From positions 3,136,001 to 3,200,000 of the forward strand of contig OZ244207.1 of NCBI GenBank assembly GCA_965216875.1: 64,000 bases of DNA, read 5' to 3'. The notes beneath the pieces were generated by a model that saw only the letters and a program-made list of their open reading frames with translations, ran no database searches and was not told where the DNA came from. Shown one piece after another: positions 29,675 through 40,559 of the stretch. Source of the DNA: Rubripirellula sp. GTDB taxonomy: Bacteria; Planctomycetota; Planctomycetia; Pirellulales; Pirellulaceae. Position 1 is the first letter of the stretch; each line of letters opens with the position of its first letter. Position numbers and translations under genes: made by a program.

Positions 29675-30853
29675 TCACTGCACCGCCGCTCTGGCCGACT
29701 CCGCTCGCTTGACCGCCTCGTCCACAGTATCGGCTGTCGCCGTCAAATGCCCCATTTTGCGGCCCTTCTTTGCATCCTGCTTTCCATACAAATGCAAACA
29801 AGCACCTGGAACAGCGAGAGCTTTTGACCAATCGGGATCGCCATCGTCCCAAAGATCGCCGAGCAAGTTGACCATTGCGGCGGCGCCACAACGCAACGAA
29901 GTTTCTCCGAGCGGCATCCCGCAAATCGCTCGCACATGCTGGCCGAACTGACTCGTGTGGCACGCTTCGATCGTCAGGTGTCCCGAGTTGTGTGGCCGTG
30001 GCGCGACCTCGTTGATCAGGACTTCATCGCCTTGGACAAACATCTCAACGCAAAGCAAGCCAACGACGCCGAGCGTTTCGGCAGCGGCCTTTGCGATTTC
30101 CTCGGCTCGCTCCTGCACCGCTTGGCTGACCGAGGCTGGCGCAACCGAGAGGTCAAGAATGTGGTTGCGGTGCCCATTTTCGAAAACGGGGAACGTCTTT
30201 ACTTCACCGACGCTGCTACGCGCGACGACGACCGAAACTTCGCAATCAAATGCGATACACTTTTCGGCTGCCCAGGCTTGGTTGGTGTCCCACGTTGTTT
30301 GCCGTGCCTGCTCGGCCGATTCGACTCGGTGCTGTCCCTTGCCGTCGTAGCCACTGGTTGCCGTTTTGACGATCAAAGGCCAACCCAACTGATCCGCCAA
30401 TTGGATGATCGAATCGGCACCCGTCACCTCAGCAAACGGGGTGACCGGCAAACCAGCACCGGCAAGCGTCCCTTTTTCGCGGAGTCGATCTTGGGCTGTC
30501 GCCAATACGGACGCGTCGGGATAGGTCGGCGCGTGCTCGCCGCAAAGTGCGATGGTGTCGGCGGGAATGTTCTCGAATTCAAGCGTGATCACATCACATT
30601 GCGAAGCGAATTCGGCGGCAACCTCGTGGTCGGTAAGCTCACCGACAAAGACGCGATGTGCGACCTGAGCGGCAGGGTCGTCGGCACTGGTCGTAAAGAC
30701 AAACACCTTGTAGCCCATCGACGCTGCGGCAACCGCAAACATTCGTCCGAGTTGGCCCCCGCCGACCATGCCGATCGTTGCGCCGGGCAGAAGGGGTTTG
30801 GTGCTTTCGGCTGGAGATGTTGAAGGTTGGGCCACGGAGGTGTTCGATTCCAT
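29675..30853 (-). CDS. purK: N5-carboxyaminoimidazole ribonucleotide synthase
   Basis: GGGQLGRM, TLEFENI, GYDGKGQ, NEVAPRPHNSGH, GRKMGH. Confidence 0.97.
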   Translation of the reverse strand: MESNTSVAQPSTSPAESTKPLLPGATIGMVGGGQLGRMFAVAAASMGYKVFVFTTSADDPAAQVAHRVFVGELTDHEVAAEFASQCDVITLEFENIPADTIALCGEHAPTYPDASVLATAQDRLREKGTLAGAGLPVTPFAEVTGADSIIQLADQLGWPLIVKTATSGYDGKGQHRVESAEQARQTTWDTNQAWAAEKCIAFDCEVSVVVARSSVGEVKTFPVFENGHRNHILDLSVAPASVSQAVQERAEEIAKAAAETLGVVGLLCVEMFVQGDEVLINEVAPRPHNSGHLTIEACHTSQFGQHVRAICGMPLGETSLRCGAAAMVNLLGDLWDDGDPDWSKALAVPGACLHLYGKQDAKKGRKMGHLTATADTVDEAVKRAESARAAVQ

Positions 30854-30892
30854 TGATTGAACGCGAGGGTGGATTGGCAGGAGAAATGAATT

Positions 30893-31399
30893 TTAAAGCT
30901 CAGCCGATTCCAACACAGCGTCCGTCTGACGCTGGATGAAGGTGGCGAGCCGCTCGGCCAGCGCCGAGTCACTCAATGACAAAATGCGCGCCGCCATCAG
31001 GCCCGCATTCTTGGCACCCGAGTTTCCGATCGACATGGTCGCAACGGGAATCCCACCGGGCATCTGTGCAATCGAGAGGAGCGAATCGAGGCCCTGGAGT
31101 GCACGGCTTTGCACGGGCACGCCAATCACAGGCAAGATCGTTTCTGATGCCACCATTCCGGGCAAGTGTGCAGCACCCCCGGCGCCGGCAATGATGACCT
31201 TGAGCCCTCGACCGGCTGCCGATTCGGCGTAGGACGCCATGCGTTGGGGTGTACGGTGAGCCGAAACGACGAGACTTTCATGCGGGATCGACAATTCTTT
31301 GAGAACGTCAGCAGCGTTCTTCATTGTGTCCCAGTCGTTGCGGCTGCCCATGATCACGCCAACAAGTGCGTCGGTTGCGCCAAAGTCGGTTCCGCTCAT
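30893..31399 (-). CDS. purE: N5-CAIR mutase
   Basis: [34 protein letters not shown]. Confidence 0.97.
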   Translation of the reverse strand: MSGTDFGATDALVGVIMGSRNDWDTMKNAADVLKELSIPHESLVVSAHRTPQRMASYAESAAGRGLKVIIAGAGGAAHLPGMVASETILPVIGVPVQSRALQGLDSLLSIAQMPGGIPVATMSIGNSGAKNAGLMAARILSLSDSALAERLATFIQRQTDAVLESAEL

Positions 31400-31545
31400 C
31401 AGTCGCCTACAGCATTGGATTGGGGGCTCTTTTGCCCCAAGTTTTACGCATTGGGCGGAGGTTTGAGAAGTCGCTCTCTAGCCGCGGCGTCGGCGAGAGG
31501 CTGTGATTTTCTGTGAGCCGTGCAAATGTTGCGTTTGGGGACGCG

Positions 31546-31567
31546 ACTTTCGCGGAGCGAATGGCGA
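31546..31567. repeat. short palindromic repeat ACTTTCGCGGAGCGAA(A/T)GGCGA (second copy 48916-48937)
   Basis: Two near-identical intergenic copies. Confidence 0.65.
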
Positions 31568-31651
31568 CATTCAAAAAACCACAGCCTAGAAGAGTGCATC
31601 GTCAGAGAGCCCTGGTCGGGCGAGGATCCCCCTGCTCCAACGCCACCGCTC

Positions 31652-34027
31652 CTAAATCAGTTCGAGTTGGGCGAAGGCGACTCGAAAACTGTGTTCGCCA
31701 TCAGGAAACTGGACTTTTGCCATTCGCTTCGGGCCGCGCCCGGTCACCGAGATGATGGTCCCGTCCCCATATTCTTGATGGCGGACTTGGATCCCCTCGC
31801 GAAACGCCGTTAGCGGCACTTTGCCCTTTTGCATCAAGTCCGCAGCCGTCTTGAGTGCGGCTGGAGCAGGGCTCTCTTTCTTAGGCGATTTCAATTTTGG
31901 ATTTGGTGGACCGCCGTCCTCAGGACCGTCGGGTTCAAAGTTGACCTGCTCATCAACGGCATCAACGTTCTCGTCCGATTCGCGGACTTGGCTTGGTCCT
32001 GAATCGGTGTCGGAATCGTCTTCGTCAGGCAAGTCCCAAGACTCGGGATACTCATCTTGGACCACGTCGTCATCATCGTTATCGAACCAGTTTCGAGCGA
32101 CGGTCGATTCGACTTTGCGCATCTCGTGGAGCGGAAGTTCGCTCAAGAAGGGGCTCGCGATCACCGGTCGATTGTCACCACGCAATGTCCGTGTTTTGCA
32201 ACAGCTCATTTGCAGCCACTGTTCGGCGCGCGTGATGCCAACAAAAAGCAATCGACGCTCTTCCTCGTATTGCCACTCGTCTTCTTTGGATCTCGCGTGC
32301 GGGATCAAATTGTCCTCGACGCCAATGATGTAGACACGCGGGAACTCAAGTCCCTTTGCTGCGTGTAGGGTCATGAGCGTGACACGATCATTGGAATCTT
32401 CGAACGCGTCGGTATCAGAGACCAAAGCGACCTGTTCAAGGAAGGCTTCGAGTGAACCGTCATCGGGATGTTGACGATCAAACTCGACCGCTGCCGTAAT
32501 CAATTCGTCAACATTCGCCATGCGATCATTGTCGGCGGCGTCTTCGGAAAGTCCTTCGAGGTAGTTCTTGTAGCCAATTTCATCGACCAAATAGCGCAGC
32601 AGATCCTCGACCGTCGCGGTCGCCTTGATGCACAGTCGATCGTAGATCGCCACAAATTTGGCAACCATCGTCGCGGATCGTTTCGCCAAGCCCTCGATCA
32701 GGCCCGCTTCTCGCGCCGCTTCGAGCATCGGGATGTTCTTGCGGTCAGCGTGATCGCGCAACCGCTGAATCGTTTTTGCTCCGATGCCGCGAGTCGGCAA
32801 ATTGATGACTCGCGTCAATGCGACGTCATGGCAAGGATTGTTGATCAGATGCAAATAGGCGATCAAATCCTTAACTTCTTTGCGTTGATAGAACTCGACA
32901 CCGTTGACGATTTGGTACGGCAAACTGCGGCTTCGCAGTGCATGTTCCAGAGAACGCGACAGTGCATTCATGCGAAAGAAAATGGCGAAGTCGCGCGGCC
33001 GGGCGGCACCGGAATGCACGGTCATGGAGATTTCATCAATGATCTCTTCGGCTTCCTGGAATCCGTTTTCATAGATTCGCAAGACGACCGGATCGCCTTC
33101 GTCGTTCTCTGTAAACAGCTCTTTCTGTTTGCGGCGAACGTTGTGTCGAATCAATTGATCGGCAACCGACAAGATGTTCGGCGTGCTGCGATAGTTCTGC
33201 TCGAGGCGGACTGTCTTGACCGACGGATAGTCCTTTTCGAAGTCAAGAATGTTGTTCAGGTCCGCGCCGCGCCACCCGTAAATCGATTGGTCGGGATCGC
33301 CGGTGACGGCAAGGTTCGGATGGTCGATCGACAACGCACGGACGATTGCGTACTGGGCAAGGTTCGTGTCCTGGTATTCGTCGACCATGATGTACTTGTA
33401 CTTGGCATCCATCTCGCTGCGAATCTCAGGATTCTCGCGCAGCAAACGTGCCATGTGCAAAAGCAGGTCATCAAAATCGACCGCATTCGATGTCAGCAAC
33501 TGTTGCTGGTAGACCGGATAGACCTTTGCAGCCACAGCGTCTCGCGAACGCATCGCATGGCCCTGCATCATCTCGGGGGTCACTAGGCGATTCTTCGCTT
33601 GGCTGATCGAGTTAGCGATTTGATCAGGCGTTGCGTGCGAGAGCGATATCCCAGCCGCTTCGATGGCACGCTTCATTGCCGCTTTGGCATCGGCCGTGTC
33701 GTAGATCGAATAGTTCTCGGCCAGTCCCACCATGGGCGCAAACCGCCGCAAGTGCTGAGCACAAAACCGGTGAAAGGTCCCCATCCAAACCGGCTGGCCA
33801 GGGGCCAAACGATCGACGCGGGCGCGCATTTCTTCGGCAGCTTTGTTGGTAAACGTCAGCGCTGCGATTTGCCATGCTTCGACGCCCGATTGAAGCATGT
33901 GGGCAATGCGGTGGGTGACCACCCGCGTCTTTCCTGAACCGGGACCGGCTAAAATCAGAAGCGGACCGTCCGAGTGCTCGACTGCGTCGCGCTGTGCTTC
34001 GGTAAGGTCTCGAAAAATCGCGTCCAT
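31652..34027 (-). CDS. pcrA: ATP-dependent DNA helicase UvrD/PcrA
   Basis: AGPGSGKT, TFTNKAA, VDEYQDTN, GDPDQSIYGWRGA, HAAKGLEF, VGITRA; acidic linker plus C-terminal Tudor-like domain. Confidence 0.96.
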   Translation of the reverse strand: MDAIFRDLTEAQRDAVEHSDGPLLILAGPGSGKTRVVTHRIAHMLQSGVEAWQIAALTFTNKAAEEMRARVDRLAPGQPVWMGTFHRFCAQHLRRFAPMVGLAENYSIYDTADAKAAMKRAIEAAGISLSHATPDQIANSISQAKNRLVTPEMMQGHAMRSRDAVAAKVYPVYQQQLLTSNAVDFDDLLLHMARLLRENPEIRSEMDAKYKYIMVDEYQDTNLAQYAIVRALSIDHPNLAVTGDPDQSIYGWRGADLNNILDFEKDYPSVKTVRLEQNYRSTPNILSVADQLIRHNVRRKQKELFTENDEGDPVVLRIYENGFQEAEEIIDEISMTVHSGAARPRDFAIFFRMNALSRSLEHALRSRSLPYQIVNGVEFYQRKEVKDLIAYLHLINNPCHDVALTRVINLPTRGIGAKTIQRLRDHADRKNIPMLEAAREAGLIEGLAKRSATMVAKFVAIYDRLCIKATATVEDLLRYLVDEIGYKNYLEGLSEDAADNDRMANVDELITAAVEFDRQHPDDGSLEAFLEQVALVSDTDAFEDSNDRVTLMTLHAAKGLEFPRVYIIGVEDNLIPHARSKEDEWQYEEERRLLFVGITRAEQWLQMSCCKTRTLRGDNRPVIASPFLSELPLHEMRKVESTVARNWFDNDDDDVVQDEYPESWDLPDEDDSDTDSGPSQVRESDENVDAVDEQVNFEPDGPEDGGPPNPKLKSPKKESPAPAALKTAADLMQKGKVPLTAFREGIQVRHQEYGDGTIISVTGRGPKRMAKVQFPDGEHSFRVAFAQLELI

Positions 34028-34140
34028 GGCCTGATTGTTTTACGGGGTCCCTGTGGTTCCAGGTCCAGTCGCCAAAGGGTCAACTGTGCTATTACTATAC
34101 CGATAGACACGTCGTTTATTGTCAAGACAGGGTGCAAACG

Positions 34141-34506
34141 ATGCCTGGAAAAAACGTCCTCGGTGGCGAACTGGAAACCTGCAGCGTCAAACCGATGACC
34201 GGTTTTTATCGAGATGGCTGCTGCAATACGGGTGCTGAAGACGCCGGGCTACACACGGTATGTACCCAGGTGACGGCCGAATTCTTGGAGTTCAGCAAGT
34301 CGCGTGGCAACGACTTGTCGACGCCGAACCTGACGTACGACTTTCCCGGTTTGGTCCCCGGTGATCGCTGGTGCCTCTGTGCCGCGCGCTGGAAAGAAGC
34401 GTACGACGCCGGGATGGCTCCGCCGGTCGTCCTCGAAGCGACCCACATGTCGACGCTGGAATTCGCCTCAATTGAAGAGCTAAAAGAGCACGCGGTCGAT
34501 CGGTGA
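34141..34506 (+). CDS. DUF2237 family protein
   Basis: NVLGGELETCS..TGFYRDGCC..GNDLSTP..PGDRWCLCAARW. Confidence 0.88.
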   Translation: MPGKNVLGGELETCSVKPMTGFYRDGCCNTGAEDAGLHTVCTQVTAEFLEFSKSRGNDLSTPNLTYDFPGLVPGDRWCLCAARWKEAYDAGMAPPVVLEATHMSTLEFASIEELKEHAVDR

Positions 34507-34630
34507 AATTGGCGGAATCCAGCTGGCGAGACCGAGATTTGGCGGGAATTTTCCGGTGAAACACTGTATTTTTGAGCCCTCAACGCGTTAACGGCCGCGG
34601 CCTGACTTGCCCGGGTTCACGCGCGATCCA

Positions 34631-34745
34631 CAATCACCCTCCCGCTTGCGGGAGGGTCGGACGCAAAGTCCGGGGAGGGAATGATCCTTCCCAAACAAAC
34701 CCTCTCCGGGGCCTTAGAGCCCGACTCTCCCAAGGGAGAGTGTTA
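34631..34745 (+). repeat. ~115-bp composite palindromic element (copy 1)
   Basis: ACCCTCCCGCTTGCGGGAGGGT...CTCTCCCAAGGGAGAG; reverse-complement copy at 48727-48840. Confidence 0.85.
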
Positions 34746-34904
34746 ACGTGCGCAATTGCGGACGGCTATTGACGCTAAATTCGGGCGATTTCTATACTTC
34801 CGGGCTTCTGATACAACAAAGAATGCGGCGGAACGCACGAAGAGCGTCTGCCAACACTGACAAATCAAAATCCCGTCCTTTCGCGGACCCAAAACGGGCA
34901 AGCT

Positions 34905-35894
34905 ATGAAAGCCGATCGCCGTCACGAATTGCAGCAGAATGAATTGGCTGCCTACTTGGGAAAGATCAACAAATCGATTGAACCCTACTCGCGAATCATC
35001 GCCGTGGTGGTTGGGGTCGGCATTTTCGGCCTGATCGCGTACGCGTTGTACAAGAGTAAGGAGACTGAGCAGCGGAGCGATGCAACGCTTCAGCTGATCC
35101 AGGCTGCCTACTCGGAAGACGTTGAAGACCTCACCAAGGTTAGCGATACCTTTCCCGGGACGGCTGCAGGAGCTTGGGCCCAACTTTATGAAGGCAACCG
35201 ATACCTCAACGAAGGTCTTCAAAAGCTGTTCACCAATCGAGTCGACGCCGAGGACACGCTCAAGCAAGCCCAAGAGGCCTTTGAAAAAGCGATCGCTCGC
35301 AGCGATGACATGGTTCTGAAGTCGCGTGCTAACCTTGGCATCGCCCGTGCCGCCGAATCGCTCGGCGACGTGGACACCGCGGTGAAGGCATACGAAGCCT
35401 GCATCGCCGCAAACGAGTCGGAACCGATGCTCAAGTTGGCCCAACGCCGCATCGACAGTTTGTCGAGCGACGAAACCCAAGAGTTTCTCACTTGGTTTGC
35501 CGAGCAAGATTTCAGTCCGCCCGAACCATCGTTGCCTCCGACATTGCCTGGTGGCGCGACCCTGCCAACGATTCCCGATTTGAAATTGCCAGAGATCGGT
35601 GGTGCCGGCACACCAAGCGCCCCGAAAGACGGCATCGAAATGCCAGCCGAAGGTGCTGACGCTGCAAAAGACGCTGCTTCCGGCGAAGCTGAAGAAGCCG
35701 CCGCCTCCAACGACACAGAATCACCCGAACCTGCTGCTGGTGAAGATGCCTCTTCCAATGGTGAAGCGGACGCATCAGAAGAAGCGGCTGCGGAGTCAAC
35801 CGAAGCTGCGTCGAGTGACGAAAGCGGAACCGAGGCGAGTGAATCGGAATCGACCGCAGATGATGCCTCTGGCGCTGAAGAAGGAAACGGCTGA
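34905..35894 (+). CDS. TPR membrane protein (YfgM-like) with acidic low-complexity tail
   Basis: MKADRRHELQQNEL, TM helix, TPR-like helices, E/A/S-rich C-terminus. Confidence 0.7.
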   Translation: MKADRRHELQQNELAAYLGKINKSIEPYSRIIAVVVGVGIFGLIAYALYKSKETEQRSDATLQLIQAAYSEDVEDLTKVSDTFPGTAAGAWAQLYEGNRYLNEGLQKLFTNRVDAEDTLKQAQEAFEKAIARSDDMVLKSRANLGIARAAESLGDVDTAVKAYEACIAANESEPMLKLAQRRIDSLSSDETQEFLTWFAEQDFSPPEPSLPPTLPGGATLPTIPDLKLPEIGGAGTPSAPKDGIEMPAEGADAAKDAASGEAEEAAASNDTESPEPAAGEDASSNGEADASEEAAAESTEAASSDESGTEASESESTADDASGAEEGNG

Positions 35895-35956
35895 GCACGT
35901 TTTTCTGCCACACTGAATCGCAGTGGCAATCAGAATCACAGCGCCATCGCAACGAC

Positions 35957-37018
35957 ATGTCAAAAGACGACGAACTGGAATCCGAGGACGTCGTCACGTC
36001 ACCTGTGATTGCTGACAGCGAGGAATCTTCTGATCCAGCCGAGGAAGAGGTCTATCGCGAATTCGTCGTTCCCGACTCTGCAAGCGGGCAACGAATCGAT
36101 CTGTTTCTTTCGCAATGTTGCGATGGCTTTAGTCGCACTCAAATCCGCGCGGCCGTTCAGGAAGGCGGCGGGGAAGTGGATGGGCGGGTCGTGCGACCAA
36201 GCGTCAAACTCAACGCGGGTCAAAAAGTCCGGTTCAAGCTCCCGCCCCCTCCACCGGACACATCGATTCCGGAGAATATCCCACTCGATGTGCTGTACGA
36301 GGACGATGGACTTGTCGTCGTCAATAAACCCGCTGGGATGGTGGTTCACCCAGCGCGGGGGCATTGGTCCGGCACACTGACAAGTGCACTTGCCTATCGA
36401 TTTCAATCGCTCTCGGATGTTGGCGGACCCTCACGACCGGGTATCGTCCACAGGCTTGATCGAGACACCAGTGGCGTGATCGTGGTCGCCAAGACCAATG
36501 CGGTGCACATGCATTTGGCTGACCAATTTCATGATCGCCATGTTCAAAAAGAGTACATCGCCATCACATCGGGCGCGATCGACCGCGATCGCGACGTGAT
36601 CGACGCTCCGATCGGACGCCATCCCTATCAGCGTGACAAAATGGCGATTCGCGAAGACCACGTGACGAGCAAACCGGCATCAACGTTTTATGAAGTGATG
36701 TCGCGTCATGGCCGATTCACAATCGTTCGTGTGCGTCCCAAGACCGGACGCACTCACCAGATCCGTGTTCACTTGAATCACATTGGTGCCCCCATTCTTT
36801 GTGACCGATTGTATGCGGGTCACTCCGAGGCAACCGAGTCAATGCTACGCGGCAAGACTTCGCGTCCCAACGAAGAACCGATTCTGTTGCGGCAGGCGTT
36901 GCACGCAAGAAAGCTTGAGTTCTGTCACCCACAAACAGGAAAAACGATCAGCTTCGAAGCGCCGCTGCCGCCAGACATGGACCGTGTCGCAACATTCCTG
37001 CAAAGCGCCAGCGATTGA
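35957..37018 (+). CDS. rluD: RluA/RluD-family pseudouridine synthase
   Basis: S4 domain; VNKPAGMVVHP; GIVHRLDRDTSG; TGRTHQIRVH. Confidence 0.92.
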   Translation: MSKDDELESEDVVTSPVIADSEESSDPAEEEVYREFVVPDSASGQRIDLFLSQCCDGFSRTQIRAAVQEGGGEVDGRVVRPSVKLNAGQKVRFKLPPPPPDTSIPENIPLDVLYEDDGLVVVNKPAGMVVHPARGHWSGTLTSALAYRFQSLSDVGGPSRPGIVHRLDRDTSGVIVVAKTNAVHMHLADQFHDRHVQKEYIAITSGAIDRDRDVIDAPIGRHPYQRDKMAIREDHVTSKPASTFYEVMSRHGRFTIVRVRPKTGRTHQIRVHLNHIGAPILCDRLYAGHSEATESMLRGKTSRPNEEPILLRQALHARKLEFCHPQTGKTISFEAPLPPDMDRVATFLQSASD

Positions 37019-37061
37019 TCGTGAATCGTGATCGCGCACGCAGCCGGACCTTTCAGGTCGC

Positions 37062-37139
37062 GTAGCTACGCTCGCCAGAGCGTGGTGATTGTGGGGAGCG
37101 GTCAACCAATGAAAACCACCTTCTGGCGAAGGTAGCTAC
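37062..37139. repeat. GTAG...CTAC REP doublet (REPIN-like)
   Basis: gtagctacgctcgccagagcgtgg ... ccaccttctggcgaaggtagctac; second doublet at 44697-44757. Confidence 0.8.
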
Positions 37140-37177
37140 GGCCTGTAACGCCGCGCGGGGAATGTGCGGCGAGTTAT

Positions 37178-37255
37178 CGTGAGCCGAACGCGCTAGCGTC
37201 GGGCCTCGCACTCGTTCACATCACGAACGACCAAACGCTAGCCCATTCGGCTCAC
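37178..37255. repeat. CGTGAGCCG...CGGCTCAC REP-like doublet
   Basis: cgtgagccgaacgcgctagcgtcgggcc ... gctagcccattcggctcac; family members at 42531, 44788, 53291. Confidence 0.75.
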
Positions 37256-37276
37256 CGTGACTCCTGAACTCAAGAA

Positions 37277-38884
37277 TCAGGGCGTATTCGTCGGCGACCT
37301 TTTAGGTTCAACGGGACTCGCCGCACACCCGCAACCACTCCCGCAATTGATTCGCGCTTCCAACGCGAGTGATGTCGGTGTTTGAGCGAGCCCACCCAGC
37401 GCGGTGCAGCGATGTTCTCGCGGCATGCGTTCAGCGACACTTTTTGCTGCAGCAATCGTTTCATCAAGAGGGATCACTGCGTCAAATCCCGCAAGCGCCA
37501 TGTTGGCACACGAGAGCGCGTTGCTTGCCGCCATCACGTTCTTTCCCAAACAGGGCACTTCGACTCGATTTGCAACCGGGTCACAGATCAGGCCAAGCAT
37601 GTTTTGCATCGCCATCGACGAAGCCGCCACACCTTGCTCGAGCGAACCACCAGCAAACGTCACGAGTGATGCGGCCGCCATGGCCGATGCCGAACCACCT
37701 TCCGCCTGACAACCACCGACCTCGGCTGCAAAACTCCAATGCGTCGCGATAAAAACGCCAACGATTCCAGCGGCAAGCATTGCTTTGGCAATCTCTTCGT
37801 CATCACGGTCAAGCATTTCGCCCACCGCAAGGCAGGTTGCCGGAAGTGCGGCGCATGCACCCGCTGTCGGCGCGGCGACGATCACTCCCATCGAGCTTTT
37901 GACTTCCATCAAGGCCGTCGTATACAGCACGACGCGGTTCAATAGGCCGCCGTCAAGCAACTGCCCTTTTTCCATCGCTTGCTGAAAGCCACCCGACTGA
38001 AACCCGAGAATGCGGTCTTCGTACTCGGTTCCTGCAAGCCCGGCGATAACACTGCGACGCAAAATCTTGACGATGTCTTGCATCTTGGCAATAACCGCCT
38101 CTTCAGTTAGACCACCTCGCGCCATCTCATATTCGCAGGCGAGCTTCCAAAGTGGAGCGGATGTATCGCCCGCGTGCTCCAACATCGCCGCACATGTTTG
38201 GAACGGAACGCTCACACCTTTGCGCGAACGGATCGGCAAGACAGCCGTCATACGCCGAATCTTGGACACACTTGCCGGAGACAGCACCGCGTTGATCTGC
38301 ACGTCGTCAACGGGCTGTTGCGACCTGATTTGAAGAAGTGTTTGCTCGCCGCAGTGGTGCGTGAGGATTTGATCAACCCCCAGCTCACTGCAAACATCCG
38401 CGGCATCGACTTGCCGATCGACCCAAACAAGGGTTTCGTCGTAGTCACCGCCCATCGCGAGCGCGACACCGTCGATCGACAAGACTTCGAACATCCCGCC
38501 ACCAGTCGATATCGCGATCAACTCATGCTGACGTTCGCGGCCGACAAGTTTTAGGCGATAGGTGTTGGGATGGGGATCTGCGAGATCGAGGTAGCGAAAC
38601 TGCAACTCAATCCCCGCTTCTTGAAGGTACTGCTCCGCCTCGGGCAAACGTTCATCGTCGGCGTCCCAACCAAGCAAACCGCCAAATAATCCCATGTCGG
38701 AACCTTGGCTCGTGTGCGTCGCAGGTAATGACCCGCCATTGTCAAATTCGACAACCACCGAATCGATCTGGCCGCCCATCAAGTCACGAGCCAACCGGCC
38801 AATCCTTAACGCCGCCGCACAATGCGAACTCGAGGGGCCACGCATCACCGGGCCAATCACGTCATTAAAAATGCTGACTATCAT
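37277..38884 (-). CDS. sdaA: L-serine ammonia-lyase, Fe-S dependent, fused beta+alpha subunits
   Basis: SIFNDVIGPVMRGPSSSH, HPNT; AAPTAGAC, GGCQAE, GLICDPVANRVEVPC. Confidence 0.9.
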   Translation of the reverse strand: MIVSIFNDVIGPVMRGPSSSHCAAALRIGRLARDLMGGQIDSVVVEFDNGGSLPATHTSQGSDMGLFGGLLGWDADDERLPEAEQYLQEAGIELQFRYLDLADPHPNTYRLKLVGRERQHELIAISTGGGMFEVLSIDGVALAMGGDYDETLVWVDRQVDAADVCSELGVDQILTHHCGEQTLLQIRSQQPVDDVQINAVLSPASVSKIRRMTAVLPIRSRKGVSVPFQTCAAMLEHAGDTSAPLWKLACEYEMARGGLTEEAVIAKMQDIVKILRRSVIAGLAGTEYEDRILGFQSGGFQQAMEKGQLLDGGLLNRVVLYTTALMEVKSSMGVIVAAPTAGACAALPATCLAVGEMLDRDDEEIAKAMLAAGIVGVFIATHWSFAAEVGGCQAEGGSASAMAAASLVTFAGGSLEQGVAASSMAMQNMLGLICDPVANRVEVPCLGKNVMAASNALSCANMALAGFDAVIPLDETIAAAKSVAERMPREHRCTALGGLAQTPTSLALEARINCGSGCGCAASPVEPKRSPTNTP

Positions 38885-38929
38885 GCCAACCAGTTTAGCC
38901 ATCGGCCTGTCGCAACGCGACGACAACCG

Positions 38930-40450
38930 TTAGCGGCTCCAGGCAAGCCACTTTTTCATCGCTGCAGCGACGGTGGGCGTCAAACGGGTGCGATTGAATT
39001 GGTCCCCCAATTTACGAATCGCTTCGGCCTGAGTCGGGTAGGGATGAATCGTCGATGCGATCTTTTTGAGCCCGATTCTGTGCTTGATCGCCATCGTTAA
39101 CTCTCCAATCATGTCGCCGGCATTGGTCGCAACCACCGTTGCCCCGACAATCTTGTCCGTTCCCTTTTTGACGTGCACCCGCACAAAGCCCTCCGTATCG
39201 CCTTCGAGAATGGCTCGATCGACCTCGGCAAAGGGCTGGGTGTAGGTGTCAATTTCGATTCCTTGTTGTGCAGCCTCCTGTGGCTGCAAACCAACATGGG
39301 CAAGTTCCGGTGAGGTATAGGTGGCCCAAGGCACCAACAACGAACTCGCCTTTCCACGTCCCATGAAGAGTGCATTTCCGATCACGATTCGCGCCATAAA
39401 ATCGGCCGCGTGTGTGAACTTGTATTTGGAAGCTACGTCCCCCGCTGCGTAAACGTTCGGGTTGGTTGTTTGCAGGCGATCGTTAACTTCAATACCACGT
39501 CGAACATCAAATTGGACTCCCGCGTTCTCAAGCCCCATCCCTTCAACGTTGGGCGAGCGGCCGATGCCAACCAAGATTTCATCACCCACAATCTCGATCT
39601 CTTCGCCTCCCCGCTCAACAACGACAACCTTTTCGTTGTCGCGCCGCTGCATTCGCTTGACTTGCGCGTTCAAGACAAATTCAACACCATCTCTTCGCAT
39701 CGATTCTTGAACCACGAGAGCAGCATCGCTGTCCTCTCGAGGCAAGATGTGATCCGACTTTTCAATTTGCGTGACTTCTGATCCGAATCGCACAAAACTC
39801 TGTGCCATCTCGGTTCCGATCGGACCGCCTCCGATCACAACGAGCCGCCGTGGCAACTCGGTAAGTGAAAAGATGGATTCGTTCGTGAGCGGTTCGACTT
39901 CATCCCACCCGTCAATGGGCAGCTTCGCCGCCCGAGCCCCCGTCGCGATGACGGCCTTCTTGAAGGAAAGCGTTTGCCCATCAACTTCGATCGAATTCGC
40001 ATCCACGAACTTGCCGCTTCCCATGTAGACGTCGACGCCAGCGTCGCGAAAACGGGCCGCCGAGTCGTGAGGGCTGATGCCGGCTCGCAGTCTGCGCATC
40101 CGCTGCATCATCTCAGCAAACTTGACGTTGACGTCGCCCTGAATGTCCACGCCGAATGGTTCCGCGGCTCGAGCGACGGCGGCCACGCGAGCTGCGCTGA
40201 TCAACGCTTTTGATGGAACACAACCAACGTTCAAGCAATCGCCGCCAAGGAGGTCGCGTTCGATCAGTGCAACCTTGGCCCCCAAACCGGCTGCACCGAT
40301 CGCGGAAACGAGCCCGGCGGTTCCGCCTCCGATCACCACCATGTTGTAGCGTCCCGAAGGCGTGGGGTTTTGCCAGTCAGGCGGATGCACGTGCGACTGG
40401 AGCGTTTGGTTGTGTTCGTCGAAAGGTTGAAGTTGAACAAGTGTCGACAT
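38930..40450 (-). CDS. class-I pyridine nucleotide-disulfide oxidoreductase (MerA-like, lacking the C-terminal Cys-Cys)
   Basis: GGGTAG, GGDCLNVGCVPSK, GGGPIG, HPYPTQAE; ends KKWLAWSR. Confidence 0.88.
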   Translation of the reverse strand: MSTLVQLQPFDEHNQTLQSHVHPPDWQNPTPSGRYNMVVIGGGTAGLVSAIGAAGLGAKVALIERDLLGGDCLNVGCVPSKALISAARVAAVARAAEPFGVDIQGDVNVKFAEMMQRMRRLRAGISPHDSAARFRDAGVDVYMGSGKFVDANSIEVDGQTLSFKKAVIATGARAAKLPIDGWDEVEPLTNESIFSLTELPRRLVVIGGGPIGTEMAQSFVRFGSEVTQIEKSDHILPREDSDAALVVQESMRRDGVEFVLNAQVKRMQRRDNEKVVVVERGGEEIEIVGDEILVGIGRSPNVEGMGLENAGVQFDVRRGIEVNDRLQTTNPNVYAAGDVASKYKFTHAADFMARIVIGNALFMGRGKASSLLVPWATYTSPELAHVGLQPQEAAQQGIEIDTYTQPFAEVDRAILEGDTEGFVRVHVKKGTDKIVGATVVATNAGDMIGELTMAIKHRIGLKKIASTIHPYPTQAEAIRKLGDQFNRTRLTPTVAAAMKKWLAWSR

Positions 40451-40559
40451 GGTCAAGGATCGGCAGGTAAAGAGTGTTCCGTTTCGCCGCTCGCACTGCC
40501 TTCTTCCGATGCGAGCCGGCCAAAGGTCAGTCAATAGACAGGTTTGATTCTCGAAGTCT

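Noticed and set aside
38930..40450. merA mercury resistance gene
   Set aside because: No N-terminal metal-binding domain, no C-terminal Cys-Cys, no merR/T/P nearby
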